A stretch of 64,000 nt of DNA, taken from assembly GCA_963696115.1 (NCBI GenBank), contig CAVOIT010000006.1, forward strand, positions 180 to 64,179, read 5' to 3'. Below, one piece after another: positions 30,679-39,453 of this stretch. Positions within the stretch are counted from its first letter, which is position 1. Every line of letters starts with the position of its first letter. This DNA comes from an uncultured Actinomycetota bacterium. Lineage in GTDB: Bacteria > Actinomycetota > Actinomycetes > Actinomycetales > Microbacteriaceae. The notes beneath the pieces were generated by a model. The model was not told the DNA's origin. It saw nothing but the letters and a program-made list of their open reading frames with translations, and did not search any database. The translations under genes and the position numbers were made by a program.

Positions 30679-33378
30679 CGCCGGGCGGGTGTCTTCCGCG
30701 CCCCCGACGCACGGCGAGCGCCGCTGCGGCTGGCGGCCGGCCCCTTGGCGCGCTTGTCGGCGAGCAGCCGCACGGCCCTCTCGAAGTCGACGTCGTCCAC
30801 GCTCTCGCCGCGCGGGATGGTGGCGTTGGTCTCACCGTCGGTGACGTACGGCCCGAACCGTCCGTCGCGGATCCGGATCGGCTTGCCGCTGACCGGGTCC
30901 GCGTCGAACTCCTTGAGCGCGGCCGAGACCCGCCGGGCGCCGTACTTCGGCTGGGCGTACCGCTCCAGTGCCTGCTCCAGGGTGATGTCGAAGATCTGCT
31001 GCTCGTCGTCGAGGGACCGGGAGTCGGTCCCCTTCTTCAGGTAGGGACCGTAGCGGCCGTTCTGCGCGGTGATGGTCTGCCCGTCGGAGGGGTCGGTCCC
31101 CACCACGCGCGGCAGGGCGAGGAGGCGCAGTGCGGTCTCCAGGTCGACGGTGTCGGGCGACATCGAGCGGAACAAGGAGGCCGTGCGGGGCTTGGCGGCG
31201 CCGGACCGCGCCGGACCAGCATCCGGATCGGTCTCCTCGTCGGGATCGACCTCCTGCACGTAGGGGCCGAAGCGCCCGTCCTTCACGACCACGAGCTTTC
31301 CGTTGTCAGGGTTCTCGCCCAGGATGCGATCGCCCGCCACGGGCGCGTCGATCAGCTCCTGCGCCTTGGCCGCGGTGAGCTCATCGGGGGCGAGATCCTC
31401 CGGCACGTTCACGATGCGGGGTTTCGCGTCCGGGTCGCTGGGATCCACCACTTCCAGATAGGGGCCGTATTTTCCGAAGCGGAGGGTGGCCACGTCGCTG
31501 ATGGGCGTGGAGTTGATCTCTCGGGCGTCGATGTCCCCGAGGTTGTCCACGATCTGGCGGAGCCCGACGTGGTCGGTGGAGCCGAAGTAGAAGTCGCGCA
31601 ACCAGGTCTCGCGGTGCTGCTCGCCGCGTGCGATGGCGTCCAGGTCGTCTTCGAGCTCCGCGGTGAAGTCGTAGTCGACCAGGTCCGCGAAGTGCTGCTC
31701 GAGCAGCCGGACGACGCTGAACGCGAGCCAGGTGGGAACCAGGGCCTGCCCGCGCTTGCGCACATAACCGCGGTCGAGGATCACGTCGATGATGCTCGCG
31801 AATGTGGACGGACGGCCGATGCCCCTCTCCTCCAGAGCCTTGACGAGGCTGGCCTCCGTGTATCGCGGCTTCGGGGTGGTGGTGTGGCCCTTCGGCTCGA
31901 CGGCGGTCGCGGTCACCGCGTCGCCGACCGCGAGTGCCGGCAGCGCCTGATCCTCGGCCCTGTCCGCGTCCGACCGCTTCTCGTCGCGGCCCTCCTCGTA
32001 GGCCTCCAGGAATCCCTTGAACGTGTACACGGTCCCGGATGCGGTGAACTCCAGCCGAGCCCCTGCTGCCTCCACGTCCACCGTCACCGTGGTGGTCTCG
32101 TAGCGGGCGTCGGACATCTGGCTCGCGATGGCGCGCCGCCAGACCAGTTCGTACAGGCGCTGCTCGTCGCGGTCGAGTTCGCCGGAGACCTCGGACGGCC
32201 GCCGGAAGCGGTCGCCCGACGGGCGGATGGCCTCGTGAGCCTCCTGAGCGTTCTTCGACGAGTTGCGGTGACTGCGCGGGTTCGGCGGTACCGCGGCGTC
32301 CCCGTACAGCGCGACCGCCTGCTCGCGCGCCGCTCGCACCGCCTGACCGGACAGCGCGGTCGAGTCGGTGCGCATATAGGTGATGTACCCCTTCTCATAC
32401 AGCCGCTGGGCGACGCCCATGGCGTGCTTGGCGCTCATCCCGAGCTTCCGGCCGGCCTCCTGCTGCATGGTGGAGGTGGTGAAGGGGGGCTTCGGGCTGC
32501 GGGTGCCGGGTTTGGCGTCCACGGCGCTGCACCGTCCCGGTCCCGACCTCCGCGACCGCGTCCGCGAGGCTGCGGGCGCGCTGCTCGTCCAGCACGACCA
32601 CGGCGCGCTTCAGCTCACCGCGGTCGTCGAAGTCCGCTCCCCGCGCCAGCGGCGCGCCGTCCACGCGGTGCAGGCGGATGCGGAAGGTCGACGCGGACCC
32701 GGCGGGGGCAGCATCCGCTTCCACGTCCCAGTACCCGGCGGCGACGAACGCCATCCGCTCCCGCTCGCGGTCGACCACCATGCGCGTGGCAGCGGACTGC
32801 ACGCGGCCGGCGCTGAGGGCCGCGCCCTCCTTGCCGGTGCCGACCTTGCGCCACAGCACGGGCGACACGTCCCATCCGTACAGACGGTCCAGCACCCGGC
32901 GCGTCTCCTGCGCGTCCACGAGGGCCAGATCCAGGTCGCGGGTGTTCGTCACGGCCTGGCGGATCGCCTCCGGGGTGATCTCATGGAACACCATCCGGCG
33001 CACGGGGACCTTCGGCTGCAGCACCTGCAGCAGATGCCACGCGATCGCCTCCCCCTCCCGGTCCTCGTCGGTGGCCAGCAGCACCTCGTCGGCGGTCTTG
33101 ACGGCGCGCTTGAGCTCGGCCACCGTCTTGGCCTTCCGGTCGTTGACGACGTAGTACGGGTCGAACCCGTGCTCCACGTCGATGGAGTACTTGCCGTACG
33201 CCGCCTTCTTCTCCGGCGGGATGTCCTTCTTGCTCGCCAGGTCACGGATATGACCGACGGAGCTCATCACGGTGTAGTCGTCACCCAGGTATCCCTGGAT
33301 GGAGGTCATCTTCGTCGGCGACTCGACGATCACGAGCGTGGTGCCGTGTCGGGTTTTCGTCTTCTCGCCCTGTGCCAA
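30675..33378 (-). CDS. topA: DNA topoisomerase I; apparent +1 indel near 32529
   Basis: IVESPTK, ATDEDREGEAIAWH, SAGRVQS in the 5' frame; PPFTTSTMQQ, ITYMRTDS, GIGRPST in the 3' frame. Confidence 0.93.
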
Positions 33379-33441
33379 CCCTGGTCCTTTCGTCGTTGCA
33401 CACCATACACAGTGGTTCCCGGGGCGGGCTGACGGGCGATG

Positions 33442-33777
33442 TCACGGACGCGGGGCCTCCGGCGGTGGTCCGGCACGGGACCACGCGGACGCGGGAACGG
33501 TCAGGAACGCGCCATCCACGCGGATCGTCGCGACCAGCCGGTCCAGCTCGCACCGGGCCAGTCGTGCGCCGCCCGCGGCCGCCACCGTGGCGGCGCGGTC
33601 GCACGGCTCGGCGCCCGGAAGCGCCCCCGAGGCGGTGTCCGCCGCGGCGAGGGCGGCGGCATCCGCAGCGCCGGCGAGGCGCTGCCCGAAGACAGCCGCC
33701 GACGCGATCGTGCCCAGTCCCGCCGTCAGCGAGACCGCGACCGCGAGCATTCCCGCCGTGGCGGCCGTGCCGGCCAT
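33442..33777 (-). CDS. TadE-like / Rv3654c-family pseudopilin
   Basis: Hydrophobic N-terminus then AADAAALAAA, two Cys, terminal RAGP. Confidence 0.75.
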   Translation of the reverse strand: MAGTAATAGMLAVAVSLTAGLGTIASAAVFGQRLAGAADAAALAAADTASGALPGAEPCDRAATVAAAGGARLARCELDRLVATIRVDGAFLTVPASAWSRAGPPPEAPRP

Positions 33778-34112
33778 CAGCGCCCGCCCGTCAGCGCGCA
33801 GGAGGACGCGGTCAGCCGCTGCGGCCACGGCAGATTCGCGGCGTCGGCGGAGGCGTGCACGCACACCAGTTCGCCGCGGAACTCGACCCGTGCGGACGCG
33901 CCCGCCACTGCCGCGGCGACGGTGGATCCCGCATGCGCGGGGTCCTCGCCCCGGCCTACCAGGCGCGCCGCGTCCGCGGCGGCATCCTGCAGCCGCACCT
34001 GCCGGCCGGCGGCCGACAGGGTCGACACGCCGAGCGCCAGCACCAGCACGACCGCAGGAAGGGCGACCGCGAACTCCGCGGTCACCGAGCCCCGATCGCC
34101 CTTCCGCAGCAT
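33777..34112 (-). CDS. TadE-family minor pilin
   Basis: DRGSVTAEFAVALP prepilin motif. Confidence 0.8.
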   Translation of the reverse strand: MLRKGDRGSVTAEFAVALPAVVLVLALGVSTLSAAGRQVRLQDAAADAARLVGRGEDPAHAGSTVAAAVAGASARVEFRGELVCVHASADAANLPWPQRLTASSCALTGGR

Positions 34113-34345
34113 CAGGCGACCGTCAGGGCGCGGCGGACCAGGTCTTCGAGGATGCCGCGCACCTCGTCGGAGCGCATGATGACCACCAGCAGACCAGCGA
34201 ACGCCACCGCCGCCATCGTGGCGATGGCGTATTCGGCGGTAGCCGAGCCGGTGTCGTCGGCCATCAGCCGGGCAGACCGGCGGGTGGTCAGCGGCGGGAA
34301 CGCGGGTCGCGTGGTGCGGGCGAGTGTGGTGCGGATGGGTGTCAT
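34112..34345 (-). CDS. Flp-like pilin (DUF4244)
   Basis: GSATAEYAIATMAAVAFAGLL; GGAG RBS. Confidence 0.82.
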   Translation of the reverse strand: MTPIRTTLARTTRPAFPPLTTRRSARLMADDTGSATAEYAIATMAAVAFAGLLVVIMRSDEVRGILEDLVRRALTVA

Positions 34346-34386
34346 GGTGTCTCCTCTGATCGGCTCTGCATGGACGGTGGGCACGG

Positions 34387-35298
34387 TCAGACGGTCATCG
34401 GCGTGGTGCCGAGGATCCCGAGCACGAGCGGCGCGACGCCGAGCACCATGAACGCGGGCAGGACGCACACCCCGAGGGGCAGCATCAGACGGGTCGCGAG
34501 AGCCGCCGCCCGCAGACGACCGTCGGTGCGCGCACGGTGCCGCTCCAGAGCCGCGGCCGCCCGCAGGAGTTCGACGGCGGGGATGCCGGCCTCGCCCGAC
34601 AGCGCCAGCAGCCGGGGGCTCTCCTCATCCGGCGACTCGTGCGCCGCGGCCAGCTGCTGCGCCCGCGCCAGGGACACCCCGCCGGTCAGGGCGATGGCGA
34701 CCAGCTCGGGGTAGAGGCCCGGAACGCCCGGCGGCGGCTGGGCCGCCGCGACCATCCGAGCGGTCCACCGCCGCGCCACGATCATGAGCACCGCTCCCAC
34801 CGCCGCGCAGGCCAGCCCCGCCGGCGTCGCGAGCGCGGCGAGGGTGTCGAATCCGAGCACGACGCCCAGCCCGACGGACAGGAGCGGCAGCCACGTCATC
34901 AGTCGGGAGGTGGATGCCGGTTCCGCCAGCGCCACACGGATCTCGTCCCGCCCTTCATCGGCGTCCCGCAGCGCTGCCGCCATCGCGCGCAGGGCGTCCG
35001 CGAGGGGTGCGCCCACCACCGTCGCGACCGACCACGCCGCCGCCACCGGTGACCAGCCCGCGCCGAGCGCCGCGATCCGGTCGGCGAGCGCAGAACCCTC
35101 GCGGAACCCCGCCATCACCTGGTCCGCGTCGACGTCGCCGGCGCGGGCGAGGTACCGCCACGCGCCAGCGGGGGCGATGCCGGCCTGGAGCAGCACGGCC
35201 AGGCGCAGCACGGTCGCGTGCGGCGGCGCGGCGGGCGGTTCCGGTCGGCGGAGGGCTGCGCGCAGCATCCGCGACACCCGGAGTCGGACCGCTGTCAC
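34387..35298 (-). CDS. Type II secretion system F-family (TadB/TadC-type) platform protein
   Basis: LAVLLQAG, GAPLADAL, second half GIPAVELL...MLPLGVCVLPAFMVLGVAP. Confidence 0.78.
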   Translation of the reverse strand: MTAVRLRVSRMLRAALRRPEPPAAPPHATVLRLAVLLQAGIAPAGAWRYLARAGDVDADQVMAGFREGSALADRIAALGAGWSPVAAAWSVATVVGAPLADALRAMAAALRDADEGRDEIRVALAEPASTSRLMTWLPLLSVGLGVVLGFDTLAALATPAGLACAAVGAVLMIVARRWTARMVAAAQPPPGVPGLYPELVAIALTGGVSLARAQQLAAAHESPDEESPRLLALSGEAGIPAVELLRAAAALERHRARTDGRLRAAALATRLMLPLGVCVLPAFMVLGVAPLVLGILGTTPMTV

Positions 35299-36288
35299 GG
35301 CTCGACCTCGATCCGCAGTCCCTCCCGTCCCACGACGGGACGGCCGATGCCGACGACACGGCGAGCCCCGTCGGGTCCGCGTTCCAGATGCACCACGTGA
35401 TGGATGGCGCTGGCGACCTGCCGCGCCAGTGCGTGCGATTCCAGTCCCGCCAGCGCTCCCAGCGCCTCCAGCCGTGCCGGCACCTCGTCGAGCCCGTTCG
35501 CGTGCAGCGTCCCCGCGCCCCCGTCGTGACCGGTGTTCAGCGCGGCCAGCAGGTCACGGATCTCCTCCCCGCGGCACTCCCCCACCACGAGACGGTCCGG
35601 CCGCATCCGCAGCGCCTCCCGCACGAGCCGCGGGAGCCCGATGCCGCCGCTGCCCTCCAGATTCGGCTGACGCGCCTCCAGGGCGACGTGGTGGGGATGG
35701 TCGATCCGCAGCTCCGCCACATCCTCGATGGTCACGATGCGCTCGGTCTGGGGTGCGGTGCTGAGCAGCGCACCCAGGAGAGTGGTCTTGCCACTCCCGG
35801 CGGCGCCGGTCACCAGCAGGTTGCGGCGATCGGCGACCATCGCGCGCAGCCGGACCTCGGTAGCCCTCGTCGACCATGCCGAGGGCGCGCAGGCCCGCCA
35901 GATCCACCTGCTGATGGCGCGGCACCCGCACCGAGATCGCGGTCCCGCCGGCAGCGACCGGGGGAAGCACGGCGTGCACGCGCAGGCCGTGCTGCAGGCG
36001 CACGTCCACGCAGGGGGTGGCGTCATCGATATGCCGTCCGCCCAGACCGATCAGCGTCACCGCGAGCGCGCGCACCTCCTCCTCGGTCCGCCGCCAGCCC
36101 GGCACCGGTCGGGCGCCGCGTCCGTCGTCGACGAACAGGCCGGTGCCCCCGTTGACGAAGATGTCCGTCACCTCGGGGTCGGACAGGTACGGCTGCAGCG
36201 GCTCCAACGCAGCCGACCAGGCCCGAACGGGGGAGGTCGCACCGGTCTGGTCGTCGGCGGTGCGGGGGCGGGCGATGAAGGGCTGCAC
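35295..36288 (-). CDS. tadA: TadA/CpaF pilus ATPase; apparent +1 indel near 35865
   Basis: VTDIFVNG, PCVDVRL in the 5' frame; GAAGSGKTT, IEDVAEL, LRMRPDRLVVGECRG, NTGHDGG in the 3' frame. Confidence 0.88.
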
Positions 36289-36419
36289 GCCGCCACGGTA
36301 GGAGCGCGCTGCTCGGGGTCACGCGCCCGCCCTGATCCGCCGCATCCTGCAGCGGGCTCCGGGGCGTGGGGAGAGGAGAACAGGTCCGGGCCGCGCAAGA
36401 CACGGACCCTCGGGAGAGG

Positions 36420-36515
36420 AGAAGGCGGCATCCCGTTGGGGGGTCGGGATGCCGCCGCACACGGCCCCATGTTGGGGGTAATGGGTGGCCGTGGGCCCCG
36501 GAACGCGTCCGGGCG
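36420..36515 (-). ncRNA. 6C-type small RNA
   Basis: Two adjacent hairpins with C-rich loops (CACGGCC-ACCCAT-TACCCCCAAC-ATGGG-GCCGTG and GGCGGCATCCCG-ACCCCCCAA-CGGGATGCCGCC); TAAGCT -10 at 36522-27; upstream of the tad locus like M. tuberculosis B11/6C. Confidence 0.75.
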
Positions 36516-36571
36516 CAGCCGAGCTTACGCACCCCGCAGCGGCGCACAAAACGGGAAGGGCCCGCCGCGGG

Positions 36572-36587
36572 GGTGATATATCGCACC
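36572..36587. promoter_or_regulatory. CRP/GlxR-like palindromic site between the 6C/tad and acs promoters
   Basis: GGTGA-TATATC-GCACC versus consensus TGTGA-N6-TCACA; acs -10 TACAGT at 36647-52. Confidence 0.45.
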
Positions 36588-36708
36588 CCGGCGTCGGAGA
36601 CCCGATCCGGCACCACGAGGCCGCGCGCGAGCAGCGCGGGCGGGGTTACAGTGGCCCAGCACGTGGCCGGCGGATCCGGCCGGGCCGGTCTCACGCGAAG
36701 GAGCGCAC

Positions 36709-38673
36709 ATGTCCAGCCGCATCGACAATCTGCTCAGCGAGAGCCGGCGATTCCCGCCGCACCCGGACTTCGCCGCCACGGCAGTGGCCGGCAAGGATCT
36801 CTACGACGCGGCAGCGGAACGGGAGGCCTTCTGGGCCGATCAGGCACGCACACTGCTGCACTGGCACACCCCGTTCACCGAGGTGCTGGACTGGTCCGAG
36901 CCGCCGTTCGCCCGGTGGTTCGCTGACGGCGAACTGAACGTGGCCTACAACTGCCTGGACCGCCACGTCGAAGCGGGCAACGGGGACCGGATCGCGCTGC
37001 TGTGGGAGGGCGAACCCGGCGACGAGCGCCGCATCAGCTACGCGGAGCTCACGGAGGAGGTGAAGCGGCTGGCCAACGTGCTGACCACGCTCGGCGTGGG
37101 ACCCGGCGACCGGGTCGCGATCTACCTGCCGATGATCCCGGAAGCGGTCACCGCGATGCTCGCGGTGGCGCGGATCGGAGCCATCCACTCCGTCGTGTTC
37201 GGCGGCTTCTCCGCCGACAGCCTGCGCTCGCGCATCGACGACGCCGGTGCGAAGCTCGTCATCACCGCGGACGGCGGCTACCGCAAGGGCGCGGTCTCAC
37301 CCCTGAAGCCCGCCGTGGACCGGGCCCTCGCCGACCGGGGCCACGGACCGCAGCAGACCGTGGAGCATGTGCTCGTGGTGCGCCGGGGCGGCAATGATGT
37401 GGAATGGACCGACGGCCGGGACATCTGGTGGCACGACGCGGTTCCCGCCGCCTCCCCCGAACACGAGGCCGGTCCGTTCCCGGCCGAGAATCCGCTGTTC
37501 ATCCTCTACACCTCCGGGACCACCGGAAAGCCGAAGGGGATCCTGCACACCAGTGGCGGCTACCTCACCCAGGCCGCCTTCACCCACCGGAGCGTGTTCG
37601 ACCTGCACCCGGAGTCCGACGTGTACTGGTGCACCGCCGACGTGGGGTGGATCACCGGCCACAGCTATGTCACGTACGGCCCGCTCGCCAACGGCGCGAC
37701 GCAGGTGCTGTACGAGGGAACGCCCGAGTCGCCGCATCCGGGCCGCTGGTGGGAGATCGTCGAGAAGTACGGCGTCACCGTGCTGTACACCGCGCCCACC
37801 GCGATCCGGTCGTTCATGAAGACCGGTCGCGAGGTGCCGGACCAGTTCGACCTCAGCAGCCTGCGCGTGCTCGGGTCCGTCGGCGAACCCATCAACCCCG
37901 AGGCGTGGATGTGGTACCGCGAGGTCATCGGCGGCGGTCGCGCACCGATCGTGGACACGTGGTGGCAGACGGAGACCGGCGCGATGATGATCTCCGCGCT
38001 GCCCGGGGTGACCCACACCAAGCCCGGCTCCGCGCAGGTGCCGCTGCCCGGCATCGGGGTGGATGTCGTGGACGAGGACGGCACCCCCGTGCCTCCCGGC
38101 TCCGGAGGCCTGCTCGTGGTCACGGAACCATGGCCGAGCATGCTGCGGGGGGTGTGGGGGGACCCCGATCGGTTCGTCCAGACGTACTGGAAGCGCTTCG
38201 AACGCCACGGCTACTACTTCGCCGGCGACGGCGCGCGGCGCGACGAGGACGGCGACATCTGGCTGATGGGACGCGTCGACGACGTCATGAACGTCTCCGG
38301 CCACCGGCTTTCCACCGCCGAGATCGAGTCGGCTCTCGTGGCCCACGAGGCGGTGGCGGAGGCGGCTGTGGTCGGGGCGTCCGACGAGACCACAGGTCAG
38401 GCGATCGTGGCGTTCGTCGTCATCCGCGAGGACTACCTGCGCAGCCACCCCGTGGAGGGCCTCCCGCAGCGGCTGCGGAGCTGGGTCGGGGAGGAGATCG
38501 GTCCGATCGCCCGTCCCCGCGACGTGTACATCGTCGCCGAACTCCCCAAGACCCGCTCCGGGAAGATCATGCGCCGCCTGCTGCAGGATGTGGCGGAGGA
38601 TCGCGAAGTCGGCGACACCACCACGCTCGCGGACTCGACGGTTATGACCGTCATCGCCTCGCAGCTGCGCTGA
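36709..38673 (+). CDS. acs: Acetyl-CoA synthetase
   Basis: YTSGTTGKPKG, WITGHSY, DTWWQTETG, PKTRSGKIMRR; AAGGAG RBS. Confidence 0.96.
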   Translation: MSSRIDNLLSESRRFPPHPDFAATAVAGKDLYDAAAEREAFWADQARTLLHWHTPFTEVLDWSEPPFARWFADGELNVAYNCLDRHVEAGNGDRIALLWEGEPGDERRISYAELTEEVKRLANVLTTLGVGPGDRVAIYLPMIPEAVTAMLAVARIGAIHSVVFGGFSADSLRSRIDDAGAKLVITADGGYRKGAVSPLKPAVDRALADRGHGPQQTVEHVLVVRRGGNDVEWTDGRDIWWHDAVPAASPEHEAGPFPAENPLFILYTSGTTGKPKGILHTSGGYLTQAAFTHRSVFDLHPESDVYWCTADVGWITGHSYVTYGPLANGATQVLYEGTPESPHPGRWWEIVEKYGVTVLYTAPTAIRSFMKTGREVPDQFDLSSLRVLGSVGEPINPEAWMWYREVIGGGRAPIVDTWWQTETGAMMISALPGVTHTKPGSAQVPLPGIGVDVVDEDGTPVPPGSGGLLVVTEPWPSMLRGVWGDPDRFVQTYWKRFERHGYYFAGDGARRDEDGDIWLMGRVDDVMNVSGHRLSTAEIESALVAHEAVAEAAVVGASDETTGQAIVAFVVIREDYLRSHPVEGLPQRLRSWVGEEIGPIARPRDVYIVAELPKTRSGKIMRRLLQDVAEDREVGDTTTLADSTVMTVIASQLR

Positions 38674-38678
38674 CGGGC

Positions 38679-39149
38679 TCAGCCGGTTGTGAACACGACC
38701 TCGACCTCGACCGGGCTGTCCAGAGGCAACACTGCGACACCCACCGCGGACCGTGCGTGTCGGCCGTGCTCCCCGAACAGCTCCGACAGCAGTTCGCTGG
38801 CACCGTTCACCACCCCGGGCTGACCCGTGAAGGACGGGTCGGATGCCACGAAGCCGGTGACCCGCAGCACCCCCGTCAGCCGTTCGAGTCCCCCAACCGC
38901 GGCAGCCGCGGCGGCGACCGCGTTGAGCGCGCACAGCCGCGCGCACTGGGCCGCATCTGACGCGGGCACCAACCCGTGCCCGTCGCCGACCTTGCCGGTG
39001 GCCGCCAGCGCCCCCGACACGAACGGCAACTGACCGGCGGTGTGCACCAGGTCGCCGTGCCGCTTGGCGGGCAGGTACGCCGCCACCGGGGGCACTACTT
39101 CAGGCAGCACCAGTCCGAGCGTGGCCAGGCGCTCCGCGAGCGCGCTCAC
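38679..39149 (-). CDS. RidA/YjgF-family protein
   Basis: PVAAYLPA, AGQLP, NGASELL, HARSAVGVAVLPLDSPVEVE. Confidence 0.88.
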   Translation of the reverse strand: MSALAERLATLGLVLPEVVPPVAAYLPAKRHGDLVHTAGQLPFVSGALAATGKVGDGHGLVPASDAAQCARLCALNAVAAAAAAVGGLERLTGVLRVTGFVASDPSFTGQPGVVNGASELLSELFGEHGRHARSAVGVAVLPLDSPVEVEVVFTTG

Positions 39150-39367
39150 GCCTCCGCCTCGAACCGGCGGGATGCCGCCGCCGCAGCATCCAGGCCCTCG
39201 TTCGCGGCAGCGTCGACGTCGACCGGGCGCTTCAGATACGCCACCAACCCGCCCTCCGGACCGGGCACCACCTGCACCAGCTCCCAGCCCTGGCGGCCCC
39301 AGTTGTTCAGGATGGCCGCCGTGTTGTGGATCAGAAGCGGCGTAGTCAGATATTCCCAGGTGATCAT
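39146..39367 (-). CDS. DUF4177-family small protein
   Basis: MITWEYLTTPLLIHNTAAILNNWGRQGWELV...AYLKRP. Confidence 0.8.
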   Translation of the reverse strand: MITWEYLTTPLLIHNTAAILNNWGRQGWELVQVVPGPEGGLVAYLKRPVDVDAAANEGLDAAAAASRRFEAEA

Positions 39368-39453
39368 CGCCGCTCCCGCTGGTCGCCGTGTGCTCGTCGC
39401 CGCGCGGAGGATCATCAAGAGATCCCCCAGCATCCTGGCTTAGCATCAAGCGT

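Noticed and set aside
32395-32530. Programmed frameshift or split topoisomerase in topA
   Set aside because: No slippery heptamer; same pattern as six other indels in the window
36300-36700. Ms1 (RNAP-binding) RNA, which is syntenic with this region in mycobacteria
   Set aside because: The structured part is short and has the twin C-loop hairpins of 6C; no recognisable sequence for a long Ms1 RNA
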